DNA of 64,000 nucleotides, from contig JAAYHE010000012.1 in the NCBI GenBank assembly GCA_012735505.1, forward strand, positions 13,829 through 77,828, read 5' to 3'. Of the stretch, positions 60,994-64,000 are shown one piece after another. Within the stretch, counting starts at the first letter, position 1. Each line of letters opens with the position of its first letter. The position numbers were made by a program, and so were the translations under genes. The stretch comes from Bacillota bacterium. Its GTDB lineage: Bacteria > Bacillota > UBA994 > UBA5500. Under the pieces are notes generated by a model. The model made no database searches, had not been told where the DNA came from, and was given only the letters and a program-made list of their open reading frames with translations.

Positions 60994-62163
60994 ATGGCTC
61001 GTCGGAAGCAGGCCGTTATTTTGGCAGTTTTTTTTATCGTGCTTACGGCCGCAAGTGCAACTTTTTTTGGTTGGATAACTAAACCAGCTAGTGGTGAGGA
61101 TTTGATATTACCGACTGACGGGAAATTGCATGTGCTATTAATAGGCGAAGACGATGGTTTAGTAGCCCCCGGCAAAAAAGTACGGGGACGTAGCGACACT
61201 CTGATGGTGGCTAGTTATGATCCTAAGACAGGAAATATCAGTCTGCTTTCTATACCGAGAGATACCCGTGTTGCCATCCCCGGTAGAGAACATAAAGAAA
61301 AAATAAATCACGCCTATGCTTACGGAGGGCCAGAATTGACCCTGCGAACGGTGCGTCAGTTCCTTGGTATGCCGATCCGCTACTACGCGTTGGTCAATAC
61401 TAGTGGTTTTCGAGAACTGGTGGATGCCATTGGCGGTGTTCCCATCGATGTGGAAAAACCGATGAAATACACCGATAAGGCAGGAGGGTTATATATCAAC
61501 CTGGAACCGGGGCCACAAGTTCTTAATGGAGAACAAGCCGAGGGCTACGTGCGATATAGGAAATCGGATAGCGACTTAGCACGCGCCGCACGACAGCAGA
61601 AGTTCATGGCTGCCGCTCTCAAGCAGTTACTTCAACCTAAGAACCTCCTGAAGATAAACCAGCTATTTAAAATAGCTAGAAACTCCTTGGAGACAAATAT
61701 TCCTATTGGCGTCGCCTTGCGTTATCTGCCCTTAGTTAAATCCCTACAAGCTGATAAAATTACCAGTTATACCTTGGAGGGCGAAGACGCCTGGATCAAT
61801 GGCACCTACTATTTTGAGCCGGATTTGGACAAGCTAGAAGAGCTGATTGATACTTACTTCTATTCGGCCCTAGATGTGGAGGCTAACCAGCAAACTAAAG
61901 TGAAGGTGTATGCTGGAAACGGCGACCTCAGTAGTGCCGAGCAAGTGGCCCGGCTGCTGCGTAAGAGCGGCTTCCAGGTAACCGGAGTTTTCGCTACTGA
62001 AAATAGTGATTTGCTCGTTTCTCAGGTGATATGTACTAATAAGGAGTCGCAAGGTGCCCTGGTAGTGGCAGAAATACTGTCTATCCAAGAGATATTGTTG
62101 GACACCCAGGCTGGTGCCGATGTTGACGTTGTTGTTATCGTAGGCAAGGACATGCTGCCTTAG
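60994..62163 (+). CDS. LCP family protein, copy 2 (tandem paralogue)
   Basis: Same architecture and ~55-60% identical to copy 1 (GRSDTLMVASYDPKTG, LSIPRDTRV, NHAYAYGG). Confidence 0.85.
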   Translation: MARRKQAVILAVFFIVLTAASATFFGWITKPASGEDLILPTDGKLHVLLIGEDDGLVAPGKKVRGRSDTLMVASYDPKTGNISLLSIPRDTRVAIPGREHKEKINHAYAYGGPELTLRTVRQFLGMPIRYYALVNTSGFRELVDAIGGVPIDVEKPMKYTDKAGGLYINLEPGPQVLNGEQAEGYVRYRKSDSDLARAARQQKFMAAALKQLLQPKNLLKINQLFKIARNSLETNIPIGVALRYLPLVKSLQADKITSYTLEGEDAWINGTYYFEPDLDKLEELIDTYFYSALDVEANQQTKVKVYAGNGDLSSAEQVARLLRKSGFQVTGVFATENSDLLVSQVICTNKESQGALVVAEILSIQEILLDTQAGADVDVVVIVGKDMLP

Positions 62164-62207
62164 GCGCATGTCTTTTTGCCTCATGCAATAAAGGGTGGGG
62201 TGAACTG

Positions 62208-62558
62208 ATGAGCAACTTGCAGTTGGCTAAACAAATAGTGGCTATAGCAGATGAGCGTAAAGCCTTAGATCCCGTGGTGCTTGACATACGTGATCTAACT
62301 ATAGTCACTGATTACTTTGTTCTGTTGACAGGCACCTCCCGGCCGCATGTACTGAGCATTGCGGACAGCATCCGGGAAGAATTAGCAGAGGAAAATATTT
62401 GCCCCGCGCAACGCGAGGCCGACCATGATGCTCGCTGGATTCTGCTCGATTACGGTGGCGTAGTGGTCCATATTTTCCAACCAGAAACCCGTTCATTCTA
62501 TAATTTGGAGCGGCTTTGGAATAACGCCAAACAGGTGAGGTTGGATGCCATCATATAG
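62208..62558 (+). CDS. rsfS: Ribosomal silencing factor RsfS (Iojap)
   Basis: 116 aa, ...LDIRDLTIVTDYFVLLTGTS...WILLDYGGVVVHIFQ. Confidence 0.9.
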   Translation: MSNLQLAKQIVAIADERKALDPVVLDIRDLTIVTDYFVLLTGTSRPHVLSIADSIREELAEENICPAQREADHDARWILLDYGGVVVHIFQPETRSFYNLERLWNNAKQVRLDAII

Positions 62559-63321
62559 CAGCTTAGCCCTTCTTTATGATGGATTGATGGCTGAGGTGGA
62601 CTATTGCGCCTGGGCTCGCTATATTGACCAGCTCATACGGCAGTACGGTGCCCCTGGGCGTCGTTTGTTAGATCTAGGTTGTGGCACTGGCACTCTTACC
62701 ATTAATCTCCATCAGGCTGGTTATGATACGGTCGGCATTGACCTTTCGTATGATATGCTAGCTATTGCCGCCAACAAAGGGATGGCAGCCGGGTTAGGTA
62801 TAGAACATTGGCGGGCAATGGATATGAGAGATTTGCGTTTTCCTAACGCTAGTTTTGATGTAGTGCTCTGCGCTTGCGACGGCTTTAACTATCTAGCGGG
62901 TGAATCGGATCTTAATCAGGCGTTAGCTGCTACTGCCTCAGTTTTGGCTCCAGATGGCTTGCTGCTTTTTGATGTTCATACCAAATACAAGATGCAACAG
63001 GTCTTTACGGCTGGTCCTTTTGTGCAGGAGTGCGAGGCAGGCATTTGCATTTGGTCGTCTCAGTTCGATACCGACACAGAAGACCTGGTGCACGAAATGA
63101 CTATCTTCATTCACCAACAGAATGAACTCTGGCGCCGGTATGAAGAAGTTCATCGGCAACATTATTTCAGTCCTGAGGTGATTAAGAAAGCCTTGGCAGC
63201 CAACGGTTTTAGTTTACTAGCTGTCCTTCCTTGGGGAGAGGTGTTTGGCAATGCAACTGCTACTACCGAGAGGTTGCAGTATATCGCTAGGCGGTGTGAC
63301 GATTCCCTAGCTAAGTGTTGA
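62545..63321 (+). CDS. Class I SAM-dependent methyltransferase (YqeM-like)
   Basis: Motif I LDLGCGTG. Position after rsfS as in the B. subtilis nadD–yqeK–rsfS–yqeM group. Confidence 0.8.
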   Translation: MPSYSSLALLYDGLMAEVDYCAWARYIDQLIRQYGAPGRRLLDLGCGTGTLTINLHQAGYDTVGIDLSYDMLAIAANKGMAAGLGIEHWRAMDMRDLRFPNASFDVVLCACDGFNYLAGESDLNQALAATASVLAPDGLLLFDVHTKYKMQQVFTAGPFVQECEAGICIWSSQFDTDTEDLVHEMTIFIHQQNELWRRYEEVHRQHYFSPEVIKKALAANGFSLLAVLPWGEVFGNATATTERLQYIARRCDDSLAKC

Positions 63322-63346
63322 CAAGATGACTGTTCCTGAGTATAAT
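63318..63346 (+). promoter_or_regulatory. Consensus σA promoter for tRNA-Ala
   Basis: Perfect TTGACA-N17-TATAAT overlapping the methyltransferase stop codon. Confidence 0.7.
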
Positions 63347-63388
63347 ATTAAACGTACTCGCCGTTCAGGTGATACGTTAAAGTAAGAA

Positions 63389-63464
63389 GGGGCTATAGCT
63401 CAGTTGGGAGAGCGCTTGACTGGCAGTCAAGAGGTCAGGGGTTCGAGCCCCCTTAGCTCCACCA
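63389..63464 (+). tRNA. tRNA-Ala (anticodon GGC)
   Basis: Acceptor GGGGCTA/TAGCTCC with G3:U70 Ala identity pair, anticodon loop CTGGCAG, CCA encoded. Confidence 0.88.
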
Positions 63465-63478
63465 AACCACAAACTCGA

Positions 63479-63519
63479 TACCACAAGGGTTTAAAGCCCT
63501 TGTGGTATTCTTATTTTTT
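63479..63519 (+). terminator. Terminator after tRNA-Ala
   Basis: TACCACAAGGG-tttaaag-CCCTTGTGGTA followed by TTCTTATTTTTT. Confidence 0.85.
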
Positions 63520-63622
63520 CCGCCTACACTCCTCAATAGGGCAAAGTTCCGCCTTGCGTGAGCGCCTGCGCCAGAGCATCAAAAAGCCCGCTACCTTCCG
63601 ATAGCGGGCTCTGAGTCTCTCC

Positions 63623-64000
63623 CTAATTTCCTATCTCCGCAAAAGCCTTGGTCATGTTGCCCGTGAGGGCATTGGCTAGCTCGTCATCGGGCACTATTAC
63701 CCAGCCGGCGCCCTTCTTTTCGAGCTTGATACTGATGTTTGACTCAACCATTGGGGCTTCGGGGTCTTTGATGGCGTTCTCAAAGTACTGCATAAAGAGG
63801 GCATCAATTTCGTCCTGGGATGCTACTTCTTGGGAGAAGAACATAGCAAAAGCCATCGACATTAGCTCTGGCAGTGCCAGGGCAGTGATGCGCAGTAAGT
63901 CCGGTGCTACAATTTTGGCCTTAACAGTCGCCGTGTTGCCTGAGATTTGCTTCTCCCCAACTTGATAAGTGACTCGGCCGAGTATGGCTTCTATTACTTC
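63623..64000 (-). CDS. Hypothetical protein, C-terminal part (gene starts beyond window end)
   Basis: Minus-strand ORF open to the window edge: ...EVIEAILGRVTYQVGEKQISGNTATVKAKIVAPDLLRITALALPELMSMAFAMFFSQE...AFAEIGN*. I recognise no family. Confidence 0.5.
   Translation of the reverse strand, partial: EVIEAILGRVTYQVGEKQISGNTATVKAKIVAPDLLRITALALPELMSMAFAMFFSQEVASQDEIDALFMQYFENAIKDPEAPMVESNISIKLEKKGAGWVIVPDDELANALTGNMTKAFAEIGN

Noticed and set aside
59616-61199. Two similar minus-strand ORFs (MSLRPRAFVPALGP... and MSLRPRTFLPGATKP...) that looked like a repeated small gene
   Set aside because: Both are antisense to the 5' ends of the two LCP paralogues. The similarity simply mirrors the gene duplication.

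Overview
This 64 kb window is a dense, mostly plus-strand stretch of core chromosome from a spore-forming anaerobic Firmicute. I found about 70 CDS, six tRNA genes and roughly a dozen intrinsic terminators. I found no transposases, phage genes or CRISPR arrays.

Gene order is strikingly Bacillus-like, but the metabolism is clostridial. A partial pyruvate:ferredoxin oxidoreductase gene sits at the left edge. A complete electron-bifurcating [FeFe]-hydrogenase operon (hydC, a GHKL ATPase gene, hydD-like, hydB, hydA) sits at 30.4–35.5 kb. A complete Rnf ferredoxin:NAD+ oxidoreductase operon (rnfCDGEAB) follows it immediately.

Upstream of the hydrogenase is a conserved but functionally uncharacterised sensory cassette: an RsbW-like Ser-kinase ATPase, a HydS-like sensory [FeFe]-hydrogenase paralogue, a DRTGG protein, a PHP phosphoesterase and a second kinase-like ATPase. 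A Thermoanaerobacter-type Rex operator lies directly in front of hydC.

Two sequence-level oddities sit in the hydrogenase genes. The HydS-like gene carries an in-frame TAG. HydA has Ser in place of the H-cluster-ligating Cys (TSCSPGW instead of TSCCPGW). These are either real biology or assembly errors and should be checked.

The rest of the window is housekeeping. It includes an amidohydrolase and DppA peptidase pair, a cell-wall amidase, marR–murI–gerM–rph–rdgB, a tRNA cluster containing a duplicated tRNA-Arg with an anticodon shift, and tig–clpP–clpX–lonB–lon–engB. It continues with an orphan substrate-binding protein, a biotin-less carboxyltransferase, a YsxE/CotS-like pseudokinase next to folC, and a SPOR protein. 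The right half carries the DUF4321–maf–radC–mreBCD–mrdA–minCDE–rodA–M23–spoIVFB block, a radical-SAM TIGR03960/03936 pair with rng, rplU–prp–rpmA, spo0B–obg–nadD, two tandem LCP paralogues, rsfS, a methyltransferase and tRNA-Ala.
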